Below, one piece after another: positions 48,481 through 60,714 of a DNA stretch of 64,000 nucleotides (the stretch's first letter is position 1; the number at the start of each line of letters is the position of its first letter). This stretch comes from Basidiobolus meristosporus CBS 931.73 (lineage: Eukaryota > Fungi > Basidiobolomycota): the NCBI GenBank assembly GCA_002104905.1, contig MCFE01000018.1:62001-126000 (forward strand), written 5' to 3'. The translations under genes were made by a program, and so were the position numbers. The notes beneath the pieces were generated by a model, which saw only the letters and a program-made list of their open reading frames with translations, was not told where the DNA came from and did not search any database.

Positions 48481-49491
48481 CTTTTTGGTTATTATTGCTT
48501 ATTAAAGCATTTTCTTCTTCCTTCTTGTTGGCATTTGATTTTCTTAATTCTTCATCCAGGAGCCTTCCATGTAGGTAATTTAAGGTTAAATTTCAGCTTT
48601 GGACTCTAGGGCTGATATAAGACTCTGAAACTTGTCTGTTGGGCTATTCAGGATGGTAACTATGACATCCTCATCAGAAGTTGGTACACCCACAGATTCC
48701 ATCTCATCCACCAGCAGGGTACTTCTGTTAATTAGATTTTTCATTTCTTCTCCTGGCTGCATCTTTGTAGTAAAGAATTTTTGTCTCCGATACATTTTCT
48801 TGGCAGCTGAACATGACTGGTAGGTGTCTTCTAATGCTCTCCAGGCATTCATTGCTGTTTTTGCTCTTGAGCATTGAATTAGCAATTTGTCTTTAACATT
48901 GATGCAAATGCAGTTGAAGGCACTTTGTTCTTTCTTCTGGTACTTTAAGGCTTCCTCTCCCACATTTTTAGGAGGGCATTCTTCTCCCATGACAATATCT
49001 CTAGGGCCTCCATCTTGTAGCAGCATCTTCATCTTCACCTTCCACACTTGGTTGTTAGATCCATCCAACTTTTCAGCAGAGGGTAAAATTTCAGTAATGT
49101 CAGTAGTAGACATTGCAGAGAGTGATAGCCTGGGGCTCATAGCCTGTTGTCACAGTCTTGGAGATATTGTAAGTGATTGGGGAACAAGCAGATTATGTGG
49201 TTTTCACTTAATGATTTATTGAATGTGAACGTAATATTTATACTTTTACATGGTCTTGGTGCAACAAGCACATAGAATAGGTTAAGGAAGGTCCCATGAA
49301 CATGTGTGCAAAGTTTGGGGCTGTTTGGACATCTTTGAGAATTTTTATATTCTGGGTACCTGGTATTTTGGTGAAAATATTCTAAGTAAGTCCCACAGGG
49401 AATTTTGTCATTAATCTTTAGGATGTGAAGGTAATGATCTAAGTGACTAAGTTAGGTGAGTATTTAGGTGGAATTTCAAATTCTTACAACA

Positions 49492-50222
49492 AAGCTAAGG
49501 TTTTGTCATTTACAGCAGATCTGGAGCTACCTTATTTCTAGGCAAAAATCTAATTCATTTAGACAACTTCACTTTATGTCCATATTAGGCTCAGGGATAG
49601 TTACTTCCATCATATAGACTCTAAATGAGGTAAAAGAAATGACCTATATTGGGCCAAGTTAAGCTTTTGTCATTTAGACCTGAACCAAATTACCCTCATT
49701 TCCTGGCACTGCAACACATACAACATGGCCAAAAAAGAGGTTTTTCCTCAACACTGAGCTGGGATGGCCTGCTCCCACTTGAAACACATCTGTTTAGTGA
49801 TTCATATCCACAAAAAAATCTAGAGTGGTCATCTTTGTCTTGCTTAAGTAGCAGTAACTTTCTTTGGACTGATTACTTCAGTCAGAGCCTTGGATATACT
49901 TGAAGTGATTGGGAGAATAAGTAGATTGCAGTTTCCACTCAAGGATTTATTGAATGTAAAAGTAGTATTGATAATTTTACATTGTCTTGGCATAGCAAAT
50001 ATGCAGAATAGGTTAAGGAAGAACCTAAGAACATGTGTGCAAAGTTTGGGACTATTTGGACAACTTTGAGAATTTTCATGTTTTGGGTACCTGATATTTT
50101 GGTGAATATACTGCAAGTAAATCCCAATAAGGAATTTGGTCAGTATTCTCTAGGATTTGAAGGTAATGATCTAAGTGGCTATGTTAGGTGCATATTTAGG
50201 TGGATTTATGGACTTTACAACA
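49492..50222 (-). mobile_element. Fragment of a related element: truncated family D LTR plus the same ~390-bp interior module seen in the non-autonomous element
   Basis: 49492-49880 aligns with about 45283-45672. 49881-50222 aligns with family D LTRs. Confidence 0.75.
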
Positions 50223-51482
50223 ATCACTACTTCTGCAAAGAGTAACAACTCAGGCTTTGAAGGAAAAACATCAGCTGAAAACAAGCAAAGTACTATTAGA
50301 AGACCAGCAGATTGTCAGATGAGTTCCAGGCTTGGGATTTTCCACATGGCTATGTACATCTGTCTTCCAAACATCTAGGACCTTAGACATTAAGAGTTGT
50401 AAGTTAAACTTGAGACTCATCTAATATTAAGTTGGAATGCTACTGGCCTTGAGTTAATTACTTCTCATGTATAGTGTATCCTGTGGTGGATTTCCTATAT
50501 ATTAAGCTTTGCCCCTGAACTGATCAAGCACTATATTGTCAGTGAATCTGCAGGCATTGTTACAACAAGGGAGTGTGGAAACATGTAGAGGACAAGCAAC
50601 ATCAATAAACAGGCTCTCACACCACTAATTATTAGGGGTTTGCATTTTTCTTACTTCTAAGCACCTATCAATACTGCCATTTAAGCATCATAATATATGC
50701 AAAATCAAACCACACATTCACCAATAGCTAGTTACTAGTCAAGAGAAGGGAGGTGAGGTGATTTAGTTGGGAGATAGTTGTCAATAGGAAGCCAACTCTG
50801 GAGCCTGGATGTCCAAAACCAATGAAGATCTCATGCTTGCCAGCTACAGATTTGGCCAAGCAAGCTGCAATTAATTGATGGAGACTTGGCCAAGATCCAC
50901 AGACAAAGGAACAATGGTGCACCCTGATCTGGAAAATGATTAAGTAGACAATAAAAAGCTCAGGTAAACATACCATAAAATTGTATTTTTCCTTAGTTTA
51001 AAATGAGGCTCAGATAAATATGAGCGTATTAATTTCAACAGTAGGATTAAGTGTTGAGGACAAACAAATCTTTTCAGCAAAGTGTAATGTTGTCGCATTT
51101 GTTTGTGAATGGTGATTCTTGTCAGTGCACACTTTACTATTGGCAAGCCTCAAAAATCTAAAGCCAAAAAACCCGAATGTGTTATACATCACTCAGACCT
51201 TACTCTACCTGAACCTAGGCACTGGATGTACATCCAGTAGAAAGGCATTGTATGGGTGATTTTATGAAAACTGGTCGGTAATGGCTAATTAAGATATGCT
51301 CACGGGAAAGCGGATATTTACATTTTATGGTTAAATTTATGATTAATCCATCCATCAAGGATTTTCCCCCAGAACTGGATATTGCCAACATTGATTCGTG
51401 CAACTTGGGTATGCCCCTTCTAATACTTTAGCGTATCTCTATTTTCAGCTGGTTTGTGCTTGACTAGTATTGTCGATTTAAG

Positions 51483-52832
51483 ATGGTAGAAGACTATAAG
51501 ATCTTATTTTGGACCGAGTATTTTGGTAAAGGCACACGAGAAGGTTACAAAATCAGCAACTGTGGCACAGAATATACTTGTACTTTTACTCATGACCGGG
51601 CTCAGATTGGCAATAGTTCATTACTTTATTTCCATATTCCCGAATATAAACCTGAGGATCTGCCACCGGAGCAATACAGGGATAAAAGTATAAGAAAGAT
51701 TCCTTGGGTTCTATTCTCCGCAGAATCTACTGCAAACTACCCCTTCATGGCAAACAAGGAGAAACTTCAAATATTTGATTATAGTAGCACCTACCGAAGA
51801 GATTCGCACTTTCCAATCTCTTACTTCGGGAACGATCTTATGGAGGTAGTGCTGAGACCACAGGCGCCTAGGGGAAATAACACAGACCGAGCATCCATTG
51901 CCTGGATAGTCAGCAACTGCAATGCAAATAATAACCGTAATTATTATGTGAAGGAGCTAATGAAGTATATAGATATCGACATCTATGGGCATTGCATGGA
52001 GAACAAAAAATGGCCAGAAGGTAACTCATCAGGCGATACCTTTACTAACTGGAAGGCTAACTGTACACTTAATAGGAAAGGATACCACTGAGATTATACA
52101 AGATTATGAGTTCTATCTTGCTTTTGAAAACAGTAATTGTCAGGACTATGTTACAGAAAAGCTAGCTAATGCATTTGCCGGTACCGACTCTCATCTGGTT
52201 CCTAATACTTCACTCTACTAAATCCAAATTTGTATTTAGCCGGCGTAGTGCCCATTGTCGATGGTCCTAAATCCTATGACTTTGTGTCTCCTACCGCAAA
52301 TGCGTTGATCAACATCAATGCGTTTGAGAATCCTAGGGAATTAGCCGAGTATCTTCACTCATTGCTTGCTGACCGGGACAAATACAACGAATTACTTTCC
52401 TACAAGCAAGGAGCACCATTGTCTCCTGCATTTTTGAAAGAGTGGGATTATTCAAACAAGACTGGCCTGGATGCGTTATCCATTGTAGAGCGTAGTAACT
52501 GTAACGTTTGCAGAGTGGCACGAGACATAGCAATTTTCAAACAATCACATCCGTTAGCAACCGCCAAAGAGTTCTGGGAATTTGCCACCACCCAATTGAC
52601 CCCTGCCCCAGATTACCACACAGGATTGCCAGCTGATGATTCATGTATACCCAGCAAATGGTCCATATACCGGCCCAGCCATGCTTGGCTCTATTCCTTC
52701 TTGGCTTTACTTGGCGTTGTTATAATATGTATACTGATCAAGTTCTCATATTATCCGCTGAAACGGAGATATATCAGCTCATACAAGAAACTTGGAAATC
52801 TAGAACAGGATACCGCAATACCTCTAGAGTAA
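51483..52832 (+). CDS. GT10 alpha-1,3/4-fucosyltransferase-like protein, at least 3 exons, C-terminal transmembrane helix
   Basis: GT-AG introns 52021-52075 and 52181-52239 restore the frame. Motifs FSAES and YEFYLAFENSNCQDYVTEKL...GVVPIV. Hydrophobic segment WLYSFLALLGVVIICILIKF followed by KRR. An additional 5' exon is not excluded. Confidence 0.92.
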
Positions 52833-53383
52833 GCATCAGCTATCGAGCTTTAATATTTCAGAAATAAAGGTTATGAAATTAGAATAGCAATTTATGTACC
52901 TTTCAGTATGGGATATCTAGTTGTGCTTCAAGCATGATATACATCAAAATACTGGCCACAGACTACCAAGATAAGGCTAGGCTCTCAGTAGGCATCAGAC
53001 TTTCCTGATTTTTCTGATTGTTGACCAAGCTTAGGTTTGTCCTTATTGTAATGGTGGCCAGTTTATAATCCCCCATTCAGCACCCAGGTATACCATCAAT
53101 ATACTAGCACTGGCTTGGGATAATTATCTGGGTATCTCTGTATGTAGAAAACCGTATCTATCAATAGTACCTGAGCTCTTTTGGGTTGAGCATCTTAATC
53201 TCCATACATTTAATAATTTAATCTCTTCCAGTGCACTATGGTCATTGGGAGCTAAAATTATATCATCCATTTTTATAGTAAACAGAGTTGAACTTGCTCA
53301 ATTAATTGTCAGTTTTGCAATTACATCAGCATATTCTGTCCACTTGGTCACTTGGATCATACTACATGAATTTAAGAATATGT

Positions 53384-53800
53384 TGTTGTAAAAATTTGGA
53401 ATTCTACCTAAATATTCACCAATCTTAGTCACTTAGATCATTACCTACAAATCTTAGTAAATACTGACCAAATTCCTTGTTGGGATTCACTTAGAATATT
53501 CTCATCAAACCATCAAGTACCCAGATATGAAAATTAGATAAGTAGGCCAAGCAGCCCCAAACTTTGCACACATGTTCTTGGGACCTCTCTAAACCTACTC
53601 TATGTATTTACTATGCTAAGGCCTTGTGAAAGTATAAATACTACTTTTATATCCAGTATATCATCAAGTGAAGATCACATGATCTGCTTGTTCTCCCAAT
53701 CACTTCCAGTATCTCCAAGACTCTGACAACAGGTTATAAGCCCCAGGCTGTAACTCACTGCAATGTCTACTACTGCTATTACTGTAATTTTCTCCATATA
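53384..53800 (+). mobile_element. Truncated family D Copia 5' end (LTR, PBS, gag start)
   Basis: LTR 53384-53731, PBS GGTTATAAGCCCC, then ATGTCTACTACT as in the family D gag. Confidence 0.85.
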
Positions 53801-55348
53801 TTTAGTCAGCTTCTTCAAAGATACACAACATATCACAACCTGAACAAATCGGCGATTTGCAGTGGCAACGAGCATCACATAATATGAACCAGAGGAATAT
53901 TACAAATGATGAGGTATTATGCGTATTACATGTAAAAGGGAAGCACCATTCTGCAGTGATCTCTGAACAGTGGTTAGGTTTGTTAGAGAATCCTGATGCA
54001 TGAACAACCACCTCCACCTCAGCATGGCTGGAATATAGGTAGTGCACAGGCATTCATTTACATATCTGTTTGATGGATTCGTCTATACCAGAACTGCATA
54101 GATTACGCATCCGGCAGGCAGTGGAATTGGCATTAAACCCACAGATATTGAAGCACTCATACCTGACCATTCCCTACGCGTTGAATCGGAGCAACCTTAG
54201 TATCACGTGTCACTGTTGGGAGATCCAAACTGCTGTGTAACAAACACTCACCGTAGGATCCAGCTACTTCGGACAATTTCTAGACTCCGCCCACTCATCA
54301 CCCTTAAATCATAATATGACCTCGATCTGTCTAGAAAAGCCTCCAAATTTTCGTTATTTACGTAACTATCCCACAGCAAGACTTGATATTAACCCAAAAA
54401 AGTGACTCTTTCGGTCTACCCTACTGCTTAGTATCTACTCTCCACTGATCAATCTCCCCATCGAATTTAGGGATGTTGCTTAGATTATAGCTGACTTGCA
54501 TAAAGCAAATGAATGATTCATAAATATCTTAAGGATGGGTTGGTGAGTCGGTATCTCTTGTTCCTTCGCAACCGTTCCCCCCTCGACCATCGGTATGAAT
54601 ATTTCACTTCGAGAGCAGTTTTTATCCACCAAAGTGACAAACACCACCCTGAAGGGAAAACGTAAACTATCCACTGGTAAGTCCAAGTCCTCCGCCTCTT
54701 ACCCATTTCCCCCTTGAGCTGAGCCTTTTTCTCGCCATAGAGCTTCAGCCGCTGGATCATCTCAAGCATCACTTGACCTTCTTCAACGAGACCCAGGGCT
54801 ACCGAGATGCACAGGTAGTTTCGCTTTGATCTGATCCGTTTACTAAGCACTAAAACGAGCAACGCCCCCACAGCAATACGTTATTTCCAGCGGACGTCGG
54901 TGTGCGTTCGGTCACATATTTGAGAGTGCCCTGTCGTCACCTCAAAGTGGACCCTGATAGAAAAAACTCGACTGCGCATGCGGGCCTAATGTAATATAGA
55001 GTAGATACCTTTTCTTTCCGCCAGTTTGTCTGGATAGACTTCAACCTAGAGACCATTGTACAGTTCAACTTTATGCCCTCTCTCCCACCATCCGCCCGCC
55101 CTTTCTGTGAAGCAAGACTTGGCTTGGTTCACCTCGGTCCAGCAAAACCGCTCTACCTCTATGTTTTTGAAAGCTTTTGATCCCTTACCCCTTGTCCTTA
55201 CGTTGGTGCCGTTCATCGTTACATAAAAGAAAAGAGAAACCGTATTGGGCACACGTACCAAAAGAAACGAATACGTAGACGTCCGTTGGGCGAGTTCAAG
55301 CAGGAAGATTTTTATTGGGATTTAGTTTCGAAGGAGCTAGACAGGTGA

Positions 55349-58300
55349 TTAATGGGTAAATACCAGTTTCCAATCCTGGTTCAGTGGCAAGGAAATATTG
55401 GATATTTTCAACGATTGGGACTTCTCCTCGTATTGGTATTGATCTGCGGGGAGGTCCTTACCTTCCACCTCGATCTTCTGAACGGTCTTCAGCACTCCGA
55501 ACACCTGAATTTCCTCGATACTTACCCGGTCGGACACCTGGTACTCGTATCTTCCACTGGTGGACAAAGCACCGTTCTCTAGGTTGAATTGGATGTGGGT
55601 GGATTGGGCCGCGTTCAAGGGTTTGTCATCATCGAGATAAAGCTCTCCTCTGGCTGATTGATGTTCGTCCAGAGACACTATCAACTTGAATGGGTTCTGA
55701 CGGGACTCGTCGGTCGTCATGGAGGGTCTCTGAAGTGGGAGAACGCATCCACCACGCAAGTGGATTGGCATGAAATCGAGTGGGGCATCTAGTGTCAGGT
55801 ACTTTCCAGATGCACTGTTCTCTGCCACCACCTCTCCAGTATAATAGTCATACCATTTGCCACGAGGGAAGTACCCCTTGACGTCACGCGCCCCCTTCTC
55901 TAGCACAGGGGTGACCAAAACGGAATCTCCCAGAAGGAATTGGGACTCGTTTCCTAAGGTTTCGGTATCCTCAGGGTATTCCATGCATAGGCCACGGACG
56001 ACAGTGTCACCCCGAGTGCTGGAGCGCCAGAACAGGGTGTACCAGAGGGGTAACATTTCGTAACGGATGTTCAAGTATTTCTTTGAGGTTTCGGCAAGAG
56101 AGGGGTACACGTATGGTTCTTGTCCAGGGTGATTCACCCCGTTGTGGTTTCGCGCAAACGGGTAGAAGCTTCCTAGCTGGTGCCAACGGATCAGAAGCTC
56201 CTCCTCGGAGGGATCGTTGAACCCGCCGATATCTGGACCGACCATGGGGATTCCGAACAACTGGAAGTTCAACATGCCCGGAATGGAGTATCTGAGGTGC
56301 TCCCAGTTAGACCCTAGGAATTCTGTTAGTCGTAGGACGGGACGCATTCAGTCGAATCCTCTGTACTCACAATTGTCACCCAGCCAGTGATAGGCGAAGG
56401 CACCGCTGCCCACAAACGTGCTTCTACTAAGGAGAAAGGGCTTACGTTCGGGGTAATACTTCTTGTATGCCTTGTAGCTTGACAAAGACTCCATGTGACC
56501 GAAGAGATTGTGCACATCGTATTCATTGATTCCACCATGATGTTTAGCATCCATGGGGGAGGTACGTGTATGAAGTGGCTCGTGGGTCCCTCCATTGTTG
56601 ATCTTGTAGGGTGGGTTTAGGATCCCGATGGGCTCGTCAGTGTTGAGTTCTGGCTGGACATCTTTATCAATGGGGACATTTTCCGCCTTCAGTATCTCCT
56701 CGAAACCTTCCTCCTCGGCGTTTTCGTTTGTAAACTCTGAGGTTCCGGCCTGTTGGACCATGGTCTCGACATTCTGCCCTTCCGTAGGAATCATTGGGTT
56801 GTTATCGTCAGGATGGTCGGTGCAATCTCCGTCAGCGAAGTTGGCGATCTCGTTCATGTCTGCGCACAAATGTGATTAATAAACGGAAGCCAGCAGCTTG
56901 GTACGGACGATCAATTGCCTACCTAACCAAACCCCATCTAAGGGTAGAGTGTCGAACCATTCATGGAAGAGCTCTGCCCAGTATTTGTCTGTCTGAGGAT
57001 TGAACCAATCTACAGAAAAGTCAGCATTGTGTCGTGGCCTAGTACGTGTGTTGGGAAAAATCACCTGGGAAAGCGGTCTTGCCAGGCCAAACACGCCCGA
57101 TGAAGATCTCTCCATCGGCACGTTTTATGAAAATATCACGCTCCATGCCCACCTCGTAAGGCATATTTCCTTTCTCCACCTTTATCCCGGGATCTACGAT
57201 CATGATCATCTTTTGGTTACGGGAGTGAAGGTCCTTAAGGAAATCCTTCAACTTAGCAGGTGGGTAGCGAACCGGGTCGAAGGTAAAGGACTTGTATTTG
57301 TCCATGTAACTACAAAGATACGTCATGGTTAATAAGGAACCCATAGCAGTCTATTGAAATCTCGGCAATTACTCAATGTCGATCCACATGCATTCCAAAG
57401 GAATTTCCGCTTTTTTGTAGTCTTCGACGACCTTCTTGGCAATATCAAGAGTGTTGTATCCCCAACGGCATTGGTGGAATCCTAGGGACCTGCATGCAAG
57501 GTTAGGTTATGCTAGCGAAACAATGAATTCCCATTCGGACTTACCAGTAAGGCAGCATAGCCGGAAGTCCGATTAATTCTTGGTACTGCTGCACCACTAA
57601 TTGTGGGGTGTCTCCAACAAATATGTATAAATCCAGAACACCGCCGATGACGCGGTAGGTGAGCTGGCTGTTGTCCTCTGACAACTTGATATCCATTCCA
57701 TTGCTGTTGAACAGAAGCTATGTGCGAACGGGTGTGAGCATAGAAGAGGGATGATAGGGTTGGCTGAGATGCTTACAACTCCGTGAGCCTTGCCATCGCG
57801 GATCTCCATGTAGAATGGATGACAACCGTAGGCATTCTCGTCTTCAGGACAAGGAGTATCTAAATGGATCTCAATGAGTATGGAAGTACACAAGTGGCAA
57901 GTAAGCGAAGTTACCTCTGCTCCAAATGGTGGTCAGACTGCCCTCTTCTCTTCTGAATCTAGCATTTGTTTCCCCTAGGCCATAGATGTTGGCGTGCTTG
58001 GGGAGGTGGGTGGATAGCTCCATGTATTGGTCCTTGAAGACAAGCCCAAGCCCATTAGTATCAAACAGCTTCTCTCCGGTTTTCCGTTCGACAGAGAATC
58101 CAAAAGGAGAATCGGTATACTGGAACCTATACTGGCATGACTCCAAGCCTTTAACATCCGATGAAGGAGTATTGTTCAACGGAACTATGTCATTCGGTAT
58201 CTGCCAACGCTTCTCCGCAAGATCGGTGATCTTGACGTGGATGCGCGTGGGAGTTTCATACGTGACTTGGAATTTCAATGGATCAATATCTTCTCCAAAC

Positions 58301-58515
58301 TGGGGTAAAACGGAGTGCAGAAGCGACAACTTGGCCTCCAGAGAGGTGTTGGATTTGGAATTGATGGCATTGAGCGAGTATTTTCCTATCTCTTTCGAGG
58401 AGAAGCAGCTACAAGATGAATGCTGTAAGCTGACTGCCCAGCAGTAGGATTAATTAGAAACATACCTGGAGACTGAAGACAAGGCGTTTCTTAGGGACTT
58501 GGTCAACGATGTCAT
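55349..58515 (-). CDS. GH31 alpha-glucosidase (lysosomal/maltase-like), multi-exon
   Basis: Motifs [25 protein letters not shown], spliced WL|DMNE nucleophile, HWLGDN acid/base, [22 protein letters not shown]. Several short GT-AG introns. Start ATG at 58515 is inferred. Confidence 0.93.
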
Positions 58516-59011
58516 TGGCGCTTCAAGTTTGAGTGCAGAGCTGAGGTGAGATCATAGACTTTTATATAAATTCATAGACCAATCAAGTTTACCAACTAGT
58601 CGAAACTAGGCTAATGTTCTAAGAAAGAAGGGGGTGCTAAGATGCGGTATGTTTACGAAGCTGAGTCTACCTGTGACTATCGACTATACTACTAATTTGG
58701 GGGTGAATGTGACGTGAAATGAGGTTCATTTGGTTTATTCGGCTTATTCACCCCTGATGTCCTCTGACTGACGTATCACATAGCCAGCTGAGAGATCCGA
58801 TAAGTAGCAGATAGGGACTCACAGGCTAATGAGGGGAAGGCATTAAGGTCAAGGCATAGCGATCATGCCAACTTCGATGAATGCTGTTATGATAACATCA
58901 CGAAGATTGATTGATCGATGTTGACTAGATCTCATCACTAATTATGTATGAGTTACGTCAATTTAACCCACTAGATTGTTACCACACCACCCTCGCCCAA
59001 TTCAGGACAAG

Positions 59012-60077
59012 ATGATGCCCGTACAACACACCACACTATTCTTGCAGAGCTCATATCAGCAGGAAAAGAGGAGACCAGTTTTACTAGAAACTCGTTTGTC
59101 ATACTCGCCAGAGGAACTTTCTAAGAAAGCGGAGATTACTGGGATAGTTTTATCCCATCCGTATGGGCCTTTAGGTATAACCAACGGCAGAGATGGAAAA
59201 GTTTTCGGCCAACTTATCTTTCTTTCCTAGGGGGGAATTATGACAATAACGTGGTCAGAAAGCTACACTCGCATTTCGCAAAGAAAGGGTTGGTCGTGGT
59301 TTCGTTCAATGCTAGGTACCTAACTTGCTGACTTGTTCAGAGCCTGAATCCATCAGAAACTTGGTCCATTAACTACTCCTGTTCCAAAAAAAGGGGTTCA
59401 GGTAACTCTAGTGGGAGAACCTCGTGGACTGGAATTCCTGAGACAGAAGACATCAAAATAATTGTTGGCTTCTTGGCCAAAGAGGAGGAAGTTTTTAGCC
59501 ATACGGAGAACGCTCCAGATTTTCCAAAGCCAAGCAAGATAGTGATATGTGTAAGTACACTAGGTCCAAATTCTCATTAGGGTATTTTGACTGGCAGCGT
59601 ACACTACACAAGCATTACACCCCTTGACTTAATATTGCATAAAATTAGGGATACTCGTATGGATCGGTAATCTCTTCCTCACTTCGTCCAATGGACTTCC
59701 CGAATGTGAAGCTGTTTTATGCATTCATTAGCTATCCACTCAGTGTAGTCTGGTTGCTCACATTATGGAAATGTAACTGGTTCTTCAAGCGAGTAGAAGA
59801 AATCATGGGGATCTCGAAGATTCCCTCAAGCCCTGAACAGAGTAGCCTGAACGAAAATATCGAGCCTCAACCAGTACTTTTTATCTATGGAGACAGCGAT
59901 CAGTTCACCTCCTTATCATCATATCAAAAATGGCTTAGAAAATTTCCAGCCGAGCTGCAAAACATTCAGCCTAGGCTAATTGAAGGCTGTGATCATTTTT
60001 GGTTTGGGAAGGAGAACAAGATCGCCCAATGTATAGAGGACTGGTTGAATGAAGTAGTAATCCACAACACAGATTGA
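59012..60077 (+). CDS. Alpha/beta hydrolase, 4 predicted exons
   Basis: Spliced HPYGPL|GGNYDNNVV, FNAR|G.G.S.G, GYSYG nucleophile elbow, GDSDQF acid, GCDHFW histidine. Confidence 0.85.
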
Positions 60078-60714
60078 CTGTTACCAAAACATCTACAACC
60101 CATGCCAAGCTAATAACTAGGCCATTCTGTCGGTATCCAGAATAAAGATTGAGCACCTTTTGTGGGCTTATACATACTAGGCGTCGAACATATATGGAAG
60201 CAATTGTCAGGTAGTGCTTTAGATGACTCGGTTTGCTACCAAGATGTTACCATAATCGAGGTCCTAACTCTCACCTTTAGTTTAATATTCTTGACCCAGT
60301 CCATATATGTTATCACCAGTATCAGCGTAAACGCAAAGGATAACGTTACCTCAAGCAATCTTTAGATAACTCCACCATCATTGGAATCTCATATTGAATC
60401 GAGTGACGAGGATTTACTTGTTACGTGAGGAAGGAATGTTCTTCACCTTGAAGTAGATCGGGTATATTGGGTTTCCTTACCCAATAGGAGAGAAAATCTC
60501 ACAACAGAACAATCCATCCAATATATTGCGCTCAAATCAAGACTTGAGGGATTGGCAATTTCTTCACATAGAAATCATGCTTCTGTTTTCGGCAGATCTT
60601 TGAATTTGTCTAAATAACAATCGTTGGCGCCTAATGTAACTTCGTATGTTCATGTGTTCCCTAAGAGCGGAATATATATATGTTGTTAACGGACACCATA
60701 TTACTCAAAAAACC

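Larger units (their letters stand above)
32170..49491 (-). mobile_element. Copia element (family D) split by four large insertions
   Basis: 5' LTR 49145-49491, PBS GGCTATGAGCCCC, gag KLDGSNNQVWKVKMKMLL. Host sequence rejoins across each TSD (knuckle, WYIDSGASH, KEVLYVP, ITDQNGV-HIALG). IN and RNase H remnants at 34268-32430, PPT-like agctgagtggcag, and a diverged partial 3' LTR at about 32170-32399. Pairing of that 3' LTR is uncertain. Confidence 0.75.

Noticed and set aside
57986-58447. 153-aa plus-strand ORF and other short ORFs antisense to GH31, Gypsy and Copia coding regions
   Set aside because: They lie opposite well-supported coding sequence and have no recognisable motifs.
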